DNA of 32,000 nucleotides from assembly GCF_037902255.1 (NCBI RefSeq), contig NZ_CP147990.1:1620001-1652000 (forward strand), in the 5' to 3' direction. A program made the position numbers and the translations under genes. The number at the start of each line of letters is the position of its first letter. Position 1 is the first letter of the stretch. Positions 23,800-32,000 of this stretch are shown in pieces. The notes under the pieces are model-generated. The model was not told the DNA's origin. It saw nothing but the letters and a program-made list of their open reading frames with translations, and made no database searches. Origin of the DNA: Candidatus Electrothrix sp. GW3-4. Lineage in GTDB: Bacteria > Desulfobacterota > Desulfobulbia > Desulfobulbales > Desulfobulbaceae.

Positions 23800-26235
23800 T
23801 TATGCCTTGATGGAATAAAACTTGTCAATCATTCGCTTATGATTCAAGGCAACGCTACAGTCACGCAGCAGTAAGCCCGTCATCTCTTTTTCCGGGATGG
23901 GGGGACTGAAGAGAAAGCCTTGCCCTTCGTGGCATTGGTTTTTTTGCAAGAAGAAAAGATGTTCCTCAGTTTCTATGCCCTCCGCAATAACTCTGAAGCG
24001 CAGGTTCTGGGCAATGGCAATGATACCCAGGGTGATAGCTGCATCAGTATTATTCGTGGTGACATTGGTAATAAAAGAACGATCAATTTTGATTTTATCT
24101 ACCTGGAGATGTTGTAAATAACTCAGCGATGAATACCCGGTTCCAAAATCATCAATAGCCAGTTTTATTCCTTCTGCCCGCAGTTTGTTGATCAGATCCA
24201 CCGTGAAGTCCATGTTTTCAATGAGTACTCCCTCAGTGAACTCAACTTCCAGGGAGTCAGGCGGAAAGCCTGTGCTTTCTATACAGCTCATAATCTGATA
24301 AAACAGGTCACGCCGGCGGAGCAGGCGTCCTGAAATATTTACTGCCATGATAAATTTTCTAAAGCCCATATCCCGCCATTTCTTTCCCTGTAAACAGGCC
24401 TGACGAACAAGATCAATACCCAGTTTTTCAATGAGCCCTGTGCTCTCAGCAATAGGAATAAAGGCCGCAGGTGAAACAAGGCCTTTTACCGGATGAATCC
24501 AGCGGGCGAGGGCCTCCATTCCGCAGATGGAACCGTCGGTGAGGTTAATTTGCGGCTGATAGAAGTTAATCAGGGCGTCATCCGCCACAGCCTGACGGAG
24601 ATCATTTTCCAGATACAGGCTTTGTGCGGCCTGTATTTTCATGCCACTGTTCCATGAACAGATTCTGTTTCCTCCTTCGCCTTTTGCGGCCTCCATAGCT
24701 GTATCTGCGTTGCGCAGGACATCCAGTGGGGTCTCACCGTCGTCTGGATACACACTGTAGCCGATACTGGGTCTGATAAGGATGGCACGGGATTCATTAT
24801 TGACCGGGGTCCGAAATCGTTGCATGATTTTTAGGGCAAGCTTCTGCGCATGCTCCCTGTCCGAAGGAGGAGGGAGGATAATGGCAAATTCATCACCACT
24901 GAGTCTGGCAATAAGGTCTGCGCCAGCTTCTTGGCCGCATTGCTGGAGGATGGTGGAAACACTACAGAGTATTTTGTCGCCAAAGCCGGGGCCGAAGATC
25001 TGATTAATGCGTTTAAAATGGTCCAGGTCAACATAGAGGAGCCCTATTCTACTGTCATCTTCTTGCGCGGCCTGTATGGAATCCTCAAGATATTGCTGGA
25101 AGGAAGGTCTGTCTACAAGTCCGGTTAATGTGTCATAGGTCAGTTCTGCTGACAGGTGATTGCCAGAGTCCTTCTGGAACCCCCATTTGAGGGGCGAGGA
25201 TGGGCTTAGCGATTCTTCCAGATGGAGCAAACAGATAAAGCCCTTTTCCTGTCCTTCCTCTTGTCCATCTGAATATTTAAAGGAGATAATAGATGACTTT
25301 TCCTCTGGTTGTTCTGCATCTTCCCCACCCTGCCAATTTCCCTGCCGAATGGCATCTTTGAGAAAGGCCCTCCCTTCCCAATTTTCTTGATGTACAGACT
25401 GCTTCATGGCCTCTTTGATCGTACTGCCTGCATCCGCCAAGCGGACGACCTGATCAATCCGTTTGGCCTGGATGGCCTTTAAGCTGTAGCCGGTTCGCTT
25501 CAGGAAAACGGGGTTGGCATAAACGATGCGTTGCTCGAGATTAATAAAAAGGATTCCGCAATCCTGATTGTCCATGACCTGGCGCCGAATAGACAACTCT
25601 TTCTGTAATCTGAATGAGGTGGTTTTTGCCTGATGCAATTGGGTTTTATATTCAGCCAGTTGCTGGTGCAGAATCTCATGGTTCTCATCCCATCTCTTTC
25701 CCGAGTTGTCTCCCCCAGTGAGAGGGCTGTCTCTTTTTGTCTTCTCCCCCTTTACTTTGCTTTCCTTAGGAGAGGTATCGAGCTGCTGTTCATAGGAAAT
25801 ATTTATTGTTCCCCAGCTCATAAGATGCTCTTCGCAGTAAATCAACCCAGCCCCGTTAAATCCGGGTTGGAGGATACTGTCTGTGCCCAAGGGCTGAATA
25901 ATGACAGTAAAGCTGTCAGCGGCTATTTTTTGTACGCTGATGAGATGGGAAAAATCGTGAAATGGTTCAAGCGTGAGCTCAGGGGCCTGAATGTCGGTGA
26001 CCTTAAAGATAAGTTGAAAGCGCTGTTCCTCTTTTTCTGTTTCCGACCCGAGGTGCAATACTTCTGGCTCCCAGGTAATACCGGGGTTGCTGCCAGTGCT
26101 TTGTCGATCCTGATCAAGAAAGGGGAACGGGCTGTTGAAGCCGCAGAATTGACAGGTGAAGCTATTATTTTCGATCAGGGAGGGGGTCAGGGTGATACTG
26201 TTTCTCTGACCGCATTCTTCACAAAAGAGAATCAT
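23800..26235 (-). CDS. Zinc-ribbon / PAS / GGDEF / EAL multidomain c-di-GMP turnover protein
   Basis: The N-terminus has CEECG-x22-CQFCG. A PAS-like segment (ILFINLEQRIVYANPVFLKRTGY) follows. The GGDEF domain carries the variant SGDEF (RLSGDEFAIIL). The EAL domain has intact motifs: YQPQ, EALARW, N.SG, DDFGTGYSSLSYL, KIDRSF, EGIETEE and QGFLFSPP. Confidence 0.9.
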   Translation of the reverse strand: MILFCEECGQRNSITLTPSLIENNSFTCQFCGFNSPFPFLDQDRQSTGSNPGITWEPEVLHLGSETEKEEQRFQLIFKVTDIQAPELTLEPFHDFSHLISVQKIAADSFTVIIQPLGTDSILQPGFNGAGLIYCEEHLMSWGTINISYEQQLDTSPKESKVKGEKTKRDSPLTGGDNSGKRWDENHEILHQQLAEYKTQLHQAKTTSFRLQKELSIRRQVMDNQDCGILFINLEQRIVYANPVFLKRTGYSLKAIQAKRIDQVVRLADAGSTIKEAMKQSVHQENWEGRAFLKDAIRQGNWQGGEDAEQPEEKSSIISFKYSDGQEEGQEKGFICLLHLEESLSPSSPLKWGFQKDSGNHLSAELTYDTLTGLVDRPSFQQYLEDSIQAAQEDDSRIGLLYVDLDHFKRINQIFGPGFGDKILCSVSTILQQCGQEAGADLIARLSGDEFAIILPPPSDREHAQKLALKIMQRFRTPVNNESRAILIRPSIGYSVYPDDGETPLDVLRNADTAMEAAKGEGGNRICSWNSGMKIQAAQSLYLENDLRQAVADDALINFYQPQINLTDGSICGMEALARWIHPVKGLVSPAAFIPIAESTGLIEKLGIDLVRQACLQGKKWRDMGFRKFIMAVNISGRLLRRRDLFYQIMSCIESTGFPPDSLEVEFTEGVLIENMDFTVDLINKLRAEGIKLAIDDFGTGYSSLSYLQHLQVDKIKIDRSFITNVTTNNTDAAITLGIIAIAQNLRFRVIAEGIETEEHLFFLQKNQCHEGQGFLFSPPIPEKEMTGLLLRDCSVALNHKRMIDKFYSIKA

Positions 26236-26330
26236 GGGGAACGTACATTACTTATTTTTTTTATCAAAAACTTGTTGTGCCATTCTTAATGATGTGGTCA
26301 GTTTTCGGAGGTTATGAAGACCTGTCAATG

Positions 26331-26870
26331 TTATGTCGTTGCAACGTAACGGCTCAAAACACGATACAGCATGTCTGGCAGATCGTTTTTATTACGCGAA
26401 CTGCGCTGGATCTGCTTAAGGCATTTTTTCAAGGTGAGTTTTTCTCCAAGAAAAATGTGGCGAAGAATCAGGGAAATGAGTCGGGTTATTGTGGTCAGGT
26501 TGGATATTCGCGACTGCAATTCATGATCGCGATCAAAAGCGGTTGACGCAAAGACCTCTACGGGGTGTCCATCAACCTCACTGACCGAGAGATACCATTT
26601 ATTTTGATCTCGATCAATGGTTCGATAGCGTTTGCCGTCCAAAACCTCTGGAAGTTCTGGATCGGTTTCTCTTGTTTCTGCGGCTCCGTTGCTCCAGCTG
26701 GGTCTGTCTTGGATGTACGGTAAGACGTTCTCTATAATAGAGGGATGTTTTTTCAGAGTTTCCACGAGGGTACAGCAGGAGGAACATACCTGAAATCCAG
26801 CCTTGCGGACTGTTTGTTTTTCGGCCCCGCATAATTGACAACACGGGGACGACATTTTTTTCACCTCCAC
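26331..26870 (-). CDS. Zinc-ribbon protein with a C-terminal TSCPD-like (ribonucleotide-reductase C-terminal-like) domain lacking the Cys
   Basis: A strong SD (AAGGAGG) lies 4 nt upstream of the ATG at 26870. The N-terminus has CCQLCG-x15-CSSCC. The C-terminal GHPVEVFAS...ITRLISLILRH...NDLPDMLYRVL parallels the P.EVF...RLISLALRHG...TSCPDA pattern I recall for TSCPD domains. Confidence 0.5.
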   Translation of the reverse strand: MEVKKMSSPCCQLCGAEKQTVRKAGFQVCSSCCTLVETLKKHPSIIENVLPYIQDRPSWSNGAAETRETDPELPEVLDGKRYRTIDRDQNKWYLSVSEVDGHPVEVFASTAFDRDHELQSRISNLTTITRLISLILRHIFLGEKLTLKKCLKQIQRSSRNKNDLPDMLYRVLSRYVATT

Positions 26871-27107
26871 ATTGCCTCCTTTGAACTGACTCTGTTAAGT
26901 ATACTTTCTCCTATCAGAGTACAACGTGTTGACAAAAAGAACAACTGTAGTTCTGCAAAATAGTAGGTAATACGGAAAAAGATATACCAGGGAAGTATGA
27001 AGAAATGGCAACTTGTCTGGATCAAGAAAACGAGCCGGAAATTTCGGCGTGGTTATTTTTATGATATTACCCGGTGGCCGCATAGGACCACCGGAGGAGA
27101 GTGAAAT

Positions 27108-27701
27108 ATGGCGAGACGCTATAATAAGCGATTGGACATTGAAACCCGTTATGAACAGGCCCGACGCCGAAACCTTGTGAGCGCAAAACCGGGGTTGCAT
27201 GAGTATATTTTGGTGCTGGACGGATTAAAGCCGGATTTTAATATCGGCAAAATTTTCAGGGCAGCAGATGCCTTTGGAGCCCGCGAGATACATTTGGTAG
27301 GCGTGCAGGCCTTTAACCCGGACCCAGCCAAAGGTTCTGTACGCTGGGTCAAGTTTTATCATCATAATGATTTTTCTTCCTGTTATAAAAAACTGACCGA
27401 GAAGGGATATGTTTTTATGGTGTTTGAGCCAGGATGTTCCAAACTTCTGGGAAGCTGTTCCCTGGAAAAAAAATCTGCCTTTGTGATGGGCCATGAAGAA
27501 TTCGGTATCAGTTTTGACAGGTCGGACTATCCAGATATTGAAGCAATCTCCATCCCCCAGTGGGGGCATGTTCAGAGCTTGAACGTCAGCGTTGCTGCCT
27601 CTATTGTCATGTATGAATATGTTCGACAGCATGGGAAACCGATTTCAGAGGGACTTCCGCAAAAAGAAGCCGGAGTGAGTAGAAGGTCTGTGCAGAAATG
27701 A
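27108..27701 (+). CDS. SpoU/TrmH-family RNA 2'-O-methyltransferase
   Basis: GGAGGAG lies upstream of the start. SPOUT motifs are present: DGLKPDFNIGKIFRAADAFG, FVMGHEEFGIS and IPQWGHVQSLNVSVAASIVMYE. Confidence 0.85.
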   Translation: MARRYNKRLDIETRYEQARRRNLVSAKPGLHEYILVLDGLKPDFNIGKIFRAADAFGAREIHLVGVQAFNPDPAKGSVRWVKFYHHNDFSSCYKKLTEKGYVFMVFEPGCSKLLGSCSLEKKSAFVMGHEEFGISFDRSDYPDIEAISIPQWGHVQSLNVSVAASIVMYEYVRQHGKPISEGLPQKEAGVSRRSVQK

Positions 27702-28026
27702 GAGGGGAACAGGAAGGATGCGGTAAGGGAAGGGCCAATTTTCAATCTGATAGAGTCGATAATCGTCCCCCTTGATGGCCTCTATATGGGGCCTCTGTCA
27801 TTATTCATCTGAATTGTGCGAATGCGCAGCTACTTTTTTTTCTTGACGATAGGCTGAGCATGTATTAATCCTAGTAAGATCATTCAAAAAGAGTTGATTT
27901 TAACTTTACCTTTCTCAGTCGACGTTGAGCGAGAAATAGGTCTCTAAACAAGTCGTGCTACTGCGGATGGTTGAGTTTTCATTGCAGGTTGTATTAACAT
28001 ATCTTATTTTAGAAGGAGAAAGAATT

Positions 28027-28323
28027 ATGAAGTTATCTGTTATTGGTTTCGCTGCTGCATGTCTGCTGGTTGCCGGGTCTGCTTTTGCAAATGACGTTGA
28101 TATAGCTGCTGCTAAAGCGGCGACAGCGAGCTGCAATGGCTGTCATTCAGGTGCGATGGCTGTTAAGTTTGCGGATATAGAAAATAAGGACAGTGAGCAC
28201 ATTAAAAGCGCAATCGTTGATGGTCTGGATACGGACAAGCCTGGGGTTATGCCGAAACAGGACTTAGGAGATAAGCTTGACAACGTCGTCGCATGGATCG
28301 CAGCAGGGGCTCCTGAAGAGTAA
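28027..28323 (+). CDS. Small periplasmic monoheme class I c-type cytochrome
   Basis: I prefer the internal ATG at 28027 (AGGAGAAAGAATT-ATG) over the track start at 27955. It has a signal peptide (MKLSVIGFAAACLLVAGSAFA|ND), a single CNGCH haem-binding motif and a distal GVMP that could supply the Met ligand. Confidence 0.8.
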   Translation: MKLSVIGFAAACLLVAGSAFANDVDIAAAKAATASCNGCHSGAMAVKFADIENKDSEHIKSAIVDGLDTDKPGVMPKQDLGDKLDNVVAWIAAGAPEE

Positions 28324-28398
28324 TTTTCTCCTGTAGTTGCTGATGCAACTTGTTCGACGTGCTTGAACTTTCGTTTAAGTGCCTCAAACAATTTTTAA

Positions 28399-28419
28399 GG
28401 GCAGACGTCTTGTCTGTCC
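28399..28419 (+). terminator. Possible weak terminator of the cytochrome c gene
   Basis: The hairpin GGGCAGAC-GTCTT-GTCTGTCC has 8 bp including one G.U pair. Only TT follows it, so the U-tract is poor. Confidence 0.35.
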
Positions 28420-28828
28420 TTGAATTGCCTACCTCTCTAAGCTAAGCCTCCCCTTTATACACCACCTACCGGCTCAGGTTGCCCTCAGTTCAGAGCATCT
28501 TTTTGTTATTTCCTTACGCTATTGTGATATCGAATAGCTCTTGAAACCACTGTGTAAATACGGTTGCCTGTGGAGAGTGAGGCGCTAAAATGCGCTTTTT
28601 GATCGCATTATGCAATTGTCTGCCCGGCGGATTTTGCCATGCCAGCCAAGTTGGATTTTGGCTTTATCTGTATAGGCTTGTTTAAATGTTGCGTAGCTTC
28701 TCAGTAAGTGCTGGTAATGAATAAAATCAGAGTGTTACGTCAATGAAAATATTACAGCAAGCAAAATGCGCGCCAATAGCACAGCTCAAGCTGCTCAATC
28801 ATCGTTCAAACCTCTATTGCACGGATAC

Positions 28829-28865
28829 AAAAAAAGAAGCCCCCGCTGATAATGAATCAGGGGGG
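28829..28865 (-). terminator. Intrinsic terminator of valS
   Basis: The minus-strand RNA reads GCCCCCUGAU-UCAUUAU-CAGCGGGGGC, followed by UUCUUUUUUU. It begins 17 nt after the valS stop. Confidence 0.7.
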
Positions 28866-28881
28866 CGTGTTAAGCTCATTT

Positions 28882-31575
28882 TTACCCTAACTTCATCAAT
28901 CTCGTCTTTGACTCCTCATTTTTGGCCAAGCGTGTCTCTAACTCCTCCAGCTTACCACGCTCTTTTTCTACCACATCTGCCGGGGCATTATTGAGGAATT
29001 TCTCATTGCCCAGCTTGCCCTGTACCCGTTTGAGCTCCTGCTCAATCTTTTTGCGGTCACGGGCTAGCTTGTCCAATTCCGCTTCCACATCAATCAGATC
29101 CTTGAGTGGAACAAAAACTTCGACCCCGCTTTCAGTGAGGATATGCCCGGCATCATCAGGTACGGTACCGGTTTCCATGATTGAGAGAGATTCAGAGCGG
29201 GTCATGGAACAGAGTGAATTGTTAAAGTCATTGAGCAGATCACGCTTGCCTGCATCGGCGCAGATGATTGAGGCATGCACTTTGGCACTCGGATGAACAT
29301 CAGCCTCGCTGCGGATGGTACGGGTAGCAGAGATCACATCCATCAGCAGCTGCATGGATTGATCCGCCCCTGTATCCTGCCAAGCCAGGTTGGCCTCAGG
29401 AAAGGCCTCCAGCATAATGGTGCCGCGTTCGCCGGGCAGCTGGCTCCAGATCTCCTCGGTAACAAAGGGACAGATGGGATGGAGTATCTTGAGGATATTT
29501 TCCAGCACACAAAGCAACACGCCTCTGGCCTGCTCGCGTTTTGTTACATCATCAGAAAACAGATCTGCCTTGATCCATTCCACATACCAGTCGCAAAATT
29601 CATGCCAGGTGAACTGGTAGATGGCTGAGGCGATCAGATTGAAATCATAGCCGTCCAGGGCCTTGCGCACGTCACGGATGGTGGCCTCGGTGCGACTGAG
29701 GATCCAGCGATGGGGTAAGGCAAGTTCCGCAGGTTTCTCAGTTACTGCCACAATCCCCGGCTCGCTCTCCTTGATGTGCATCTGGGCGAAGCGGGCCGCG
29801 TTCCAGAGCTTATTAATGAAACGGCGGTAGCCGTCGATCCGCTCCTCATCCATCTTGATCTCACGCCCTTGGGCTGCAAAGGCGGTCAGGGTGAAGCGGA
29901 AGGCATCGGTGCCATATTGGGCAATCATATCCAGCGGGTCAATGACATTGCCGGTGGACTTGGACATCTTCTTGCCGTGCTTGTCACGGACCAGGGCGTG
30001 CAGGTAGACGTCGTGGAAGGGTACCTCGTCCATAAAATGGAGGCCCATCATCATCATCCGGGCGACCCAAAAGAAGAGGATGTCAAAGCTGGTAATCAGC
30101 ACCGAGGTGGGGTAGAAAGTGGCCAACTCCTTGGTCTGTTCGGGCCAGCCCAGGGTGGAAAAAGGCCAGAGGGCCGAGGAAAACCAGGTGTCGAGGACGT
30201 CCGTTTCCTGCTCAAGATCCTCGTTGCCGCAGACAATGCATGCTTCAGGGGTTTCCAAGGCCACCATCAGCTTGCCACATTCCTGACAGGTCCAGGCCGG
30301 GATACGATGGCCCCACCAGATTTGGCGGGAAATACACCAGTCGCGGATGTTATCCATCCAGGCATAGAAGGTGTTGTACCAGGTATCCGGGTAGAGCTTG
30401 ATCCGTTCTTCCCGGACCGCCTTGACCGCCTTGTCTGCCAGGGGACGGACAGAGACAAACCATTGCTTGGAGGTGGTGGGTTCGACCACAGTGGCGCAGC
30501 GGTAGCATTTGCCCACCGCATGGTCGTACTCCTCGGTCTTATCCAGAAAGCCCAGCTCCTCCAGGTCCTTGACGATCTGCTCCCGGCAGGCAAAACGATC
30601 CATGCCAGCGTATTTCCCGGCCTGCTCGTTCATGATGCCGTGGTCGTCCATGATCTTGATCCGTTCCAGATCATGACGCAGGCCGATCTCGTAGTCGTCC
30701 CGGTCATGGGCCGGGGTAACTTTGAGGGCACCGGTCCCGAAATCCCGTTGAACATGGTGATCCAGCACCACCGGGATGGTTCGATCGACAATGGGCAGGC
30801 GGATGCCGATCTCCTGCAGTCCTGCATAGCGTTCATCATCAGGATGGACCGCAATAGCTGTATCGCCGAGCATGGTTTCCGGGCGGGTGGTGGCGATGAC
30901 CACGGAGCCGGAGCCGTCCGCATAGGGATAGCGGAGATGATAGAGCTTGCCCTTGGTAGGATCGTGCTCCACCTCGTCATCGGCCAGGGCCGTATGACAG
31001 CGGGGGCACCAGTTGACAATATAGTCGCCCTTGTAGATCAGCCCTTCATCATAGAGGCGGACAAAGACCTCGCGCACCGCCTGGGATAGCCCTTCATCCA
31101 TGGTGAAGCGCTCCCGGTCCCAATCGCAGGAGGCCCCCATCCGTTTGAGCTGGTTGATGATGGTGCCGCCTTTTTCTTCACGCCATTGCCAGACCCGTTT
31201 GATAAAGTCATCCCGGCCCAGATCATGACGGGTTTTATCCTCTGTGGCCAGCTGTCGTTCCACCACGTTCTGGGTGGCAATACCCGCATGGTCGGTGCCC
31301 GGCACCCAGAGGGTGTTGTCGCCCTTCATTCGATGGTAACGGGTCAGCAGGTCCTGGAGGGTGTTGTTCAGGGCATGGCCGATATGGAGCACTCCGGTGA
31401 CATTGGGCGGGGGAATGACGATGGAAAAGGCATCCTTGCCCTCTGTCATCTCGGCGCTGAAGGTTTTGTGTTCCAGCCAGTATTCGTACCAGCGCTGTTC
31501 CACTTCTTCAAAGGCATAGGCCTTGGGGAGGTCATATTTGGCCGAAGTCCGCTCCGGGGTGGTTTTTTCTGTCAT
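28882..31575 (-). CDS. valS: Valine--tRNA ligase
   Basis: It is ValRS-like along its full length: PPPNVTGVLHIGHAL (HIGH), KMSKSTGN (KMSKS), the editing-domain sequence and a C-terminal coiled coil. I prefer the ATG at 31575 (MTEKTTPERTSAKYDL...) over the track start at 31671. Confidence 0.97.
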   Translation of the reverse strand: MTEKTTPERTSAKYDLPKAYAFEEVEQRWYEYWLEHKTFSAEMTEGKDAFSIVIPPPNVTGVLHIGHALNNTLQDLLTRYHRMKGDNTLWVPGTDHAGIATQNVVERQLATEDKTRHDLGRDDFIKRVWQWREEKGGTIINQLKRMGASCDWDRERFTMDEGLSQAVREVFVRLYDEGLIYKGDYIVNWCPRCHTALADDEVEHDPTKGKLYHLRYPYADGSGSVVIATTRPETMLGDTAIAVHPDDERYAGLQEIGIRLPIVDRTIPVVLDHHVQRDFGTGALKVTPAHDRDDYEIGLRHDLERIKIMDDHGIMNEQAGKYAGMDRFACREQIVKDLEELGFLDKTEEYDHAVGKCYRCATVVEPTTSKQWFVSVRPLADKAVKAVREERIKLYPDTWYNTFYAWMDNIRDWCISRQIWWGHRIPAWTCQECGKLMVALETPEACIVCGNEDLEQETDVLDTWFSSALWPFSTLGWPEQTKELATFYPTSVLITSFDILFFWVARMMMMGLHFMDEVPFHDVYLHALVRDKHGKKMSKSTGNVIDPLDMIAQYGTDAFRFTLTAFAAQGREIKMDEERIDGYRRFINKLWNAARFAQMHIKESEPGIVAVTEKPAELALPHRWILSRTEATIRDVRKALDGYDFNLIASAIYQFTWHEFCDWYVEWIKADLFSDDVTKREQARGVLLCVLENILKILHPICPFVTEEIWSQLPGERGTIMLEAFPEANLAWQDTGADQSMQLLMDVISATRTIRSEADVHPSAKVHASIICADAGKRDLLNDFNNSLCSMTRSESLSIMETGTVPDDAGHILTESGVEVFVPLKDLIDVEAELDKLARDRKKIEQELKRVQGKLGNEKFLNNAPADVVEKERGKLEELETRLAKNEESKTRLMKLG

Positions 31576-31839
31576 AGTATTGATAAAAAATATGTGAATG
31601 AAATGAGGGGAATTACTGATAATGTTCAAGGTGATACCCATCCCTCCCGCTGGTGAGGGACAACAAAACATGAAAGTTGATGGGACGATTTCAAGAAGTC
31701 GTCAATACTTTCATATAAAAGCGGCAGTATATAACAGCCAGGACAAGGGTTCAAGGAATACTGGCAGGGGACGTTCAGGAAATACCTGAAAAAGACGGAC
31801 AGGAGTTACTTATCCCTATCTTTCTCTGCTGGTATCTTC

Positions 31840-32000
31840 TCACAATAGAGTTGCTGTCAACGGCAGGTGATCAGAGGCGATCCGGGAGAGCGGCGTGTTG
31901 TGTCGTATTCTTGTGCTGATCAGGTTCGAAGGATGACACCAGATTCGGTCCAGGGCAAGCAGAGGGAATCTGCCCGGATAGGTTGCAGGCGAAGAAGGGT
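31840..32000 (-). CDS. Endonuclease/exonuclease/phosphatase (EEP) family protein, C-terminal fragment (N-terminus lies beyond the right edge)
   Basis: This is not in the ORF track. My manual minus-strand translation gives ...YPGRFPLLALDRIWCHPSNLISTRIRHNTPLSRIASDHLPLTATLL*, with the stop at 31840-31842. The terminal LDRIW...ASDHLPL pattern is the conserved EEP C-terminus. Confidence 0.55.
   Translation of the reverse strand, partial: PSSPATYPGRFPLLALDRIWCHPSNLISTRIRHNTPLSRIASDHLPLTATLL

Noticed and set aside
29776-31089. A 437-aa plus-strand ORF
   Set aside because: It is antisense to valS, which has unmistakable HIGH and KMSKS motifs. The product is Gly/Asp/His/Val-rich and looks like a codon-complement artefact.
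31915-31935. A tRNA T-arm-like string, GGTTCGAAGG
   Set aside because: There is no surrounding cloverleaf (no acceptor or anticodon stems). The string lies inside the reading frame of the EEP-family gene fragment.

Overview
This is a 32-kb bacterial chromosomal window. The gene content (periplasmic c-type cytochrome, a possible selenoprotein, a YgiQ radical SAM protein) suggests a Desulfobacterota/Desulfobulbales-type genome, but that is inference only. The housekeeping anchors are argS (2619-4274), a ygiQ-family radical SAM gene (17462-19273), proA-nadD (19716-21662), a SpoU/TrmH methyltransferase (27108-27701) and valS (28882-31575, minus strand). Two accessory blocks sit between them. (i) A plus-strand glycan locus at 4885-17121 looks A+T-richer than its flanks. 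It encodes a hexapeptide acetyltransferase, two UPF0104 'flippase-like' membrane proteins (one fused to a TolB-like beta-propeller), five GT2 glycosyltransferases (one fused to GtrA plus a SAM methyltransferase) and a WcaJ-like priming phosphotransferase. A roughly 1.06-kb IS with a frameshifted IS701-like transposase interrupts it. I could not recognise any Wzx/Wzy/Wzz/Wza or ABC exporter. (ii) A minus-strand block at 21718-26870 encodes a zinc-ribbon/TSCPD-like protein, a zinc-ribbon-PAS-GGDEF-EAL protein, a secreted protein very rich in Cys and His with four tandem 20-aa CxxCG...HxC repeats, and a GT2-GtrA enzyme. Other notable items: a rhodanese-domain gene (4365-4730, minus) that is continuous only if an in-frame TGA is read through, with a SECIS-like hairpin downstream, which the ORF track misses; a Uma2 endonuclease plus a primase-like Zn-finger/Toprim gene at the left edge; a small monoheme cytochrome c; and a partial endonuclease/exonuclease/phosphatase gene at the right edge. 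I saw no rRNA, tRNA or CRISPR array. All family assignments come from reading motifs by eye, because no searches could be run.
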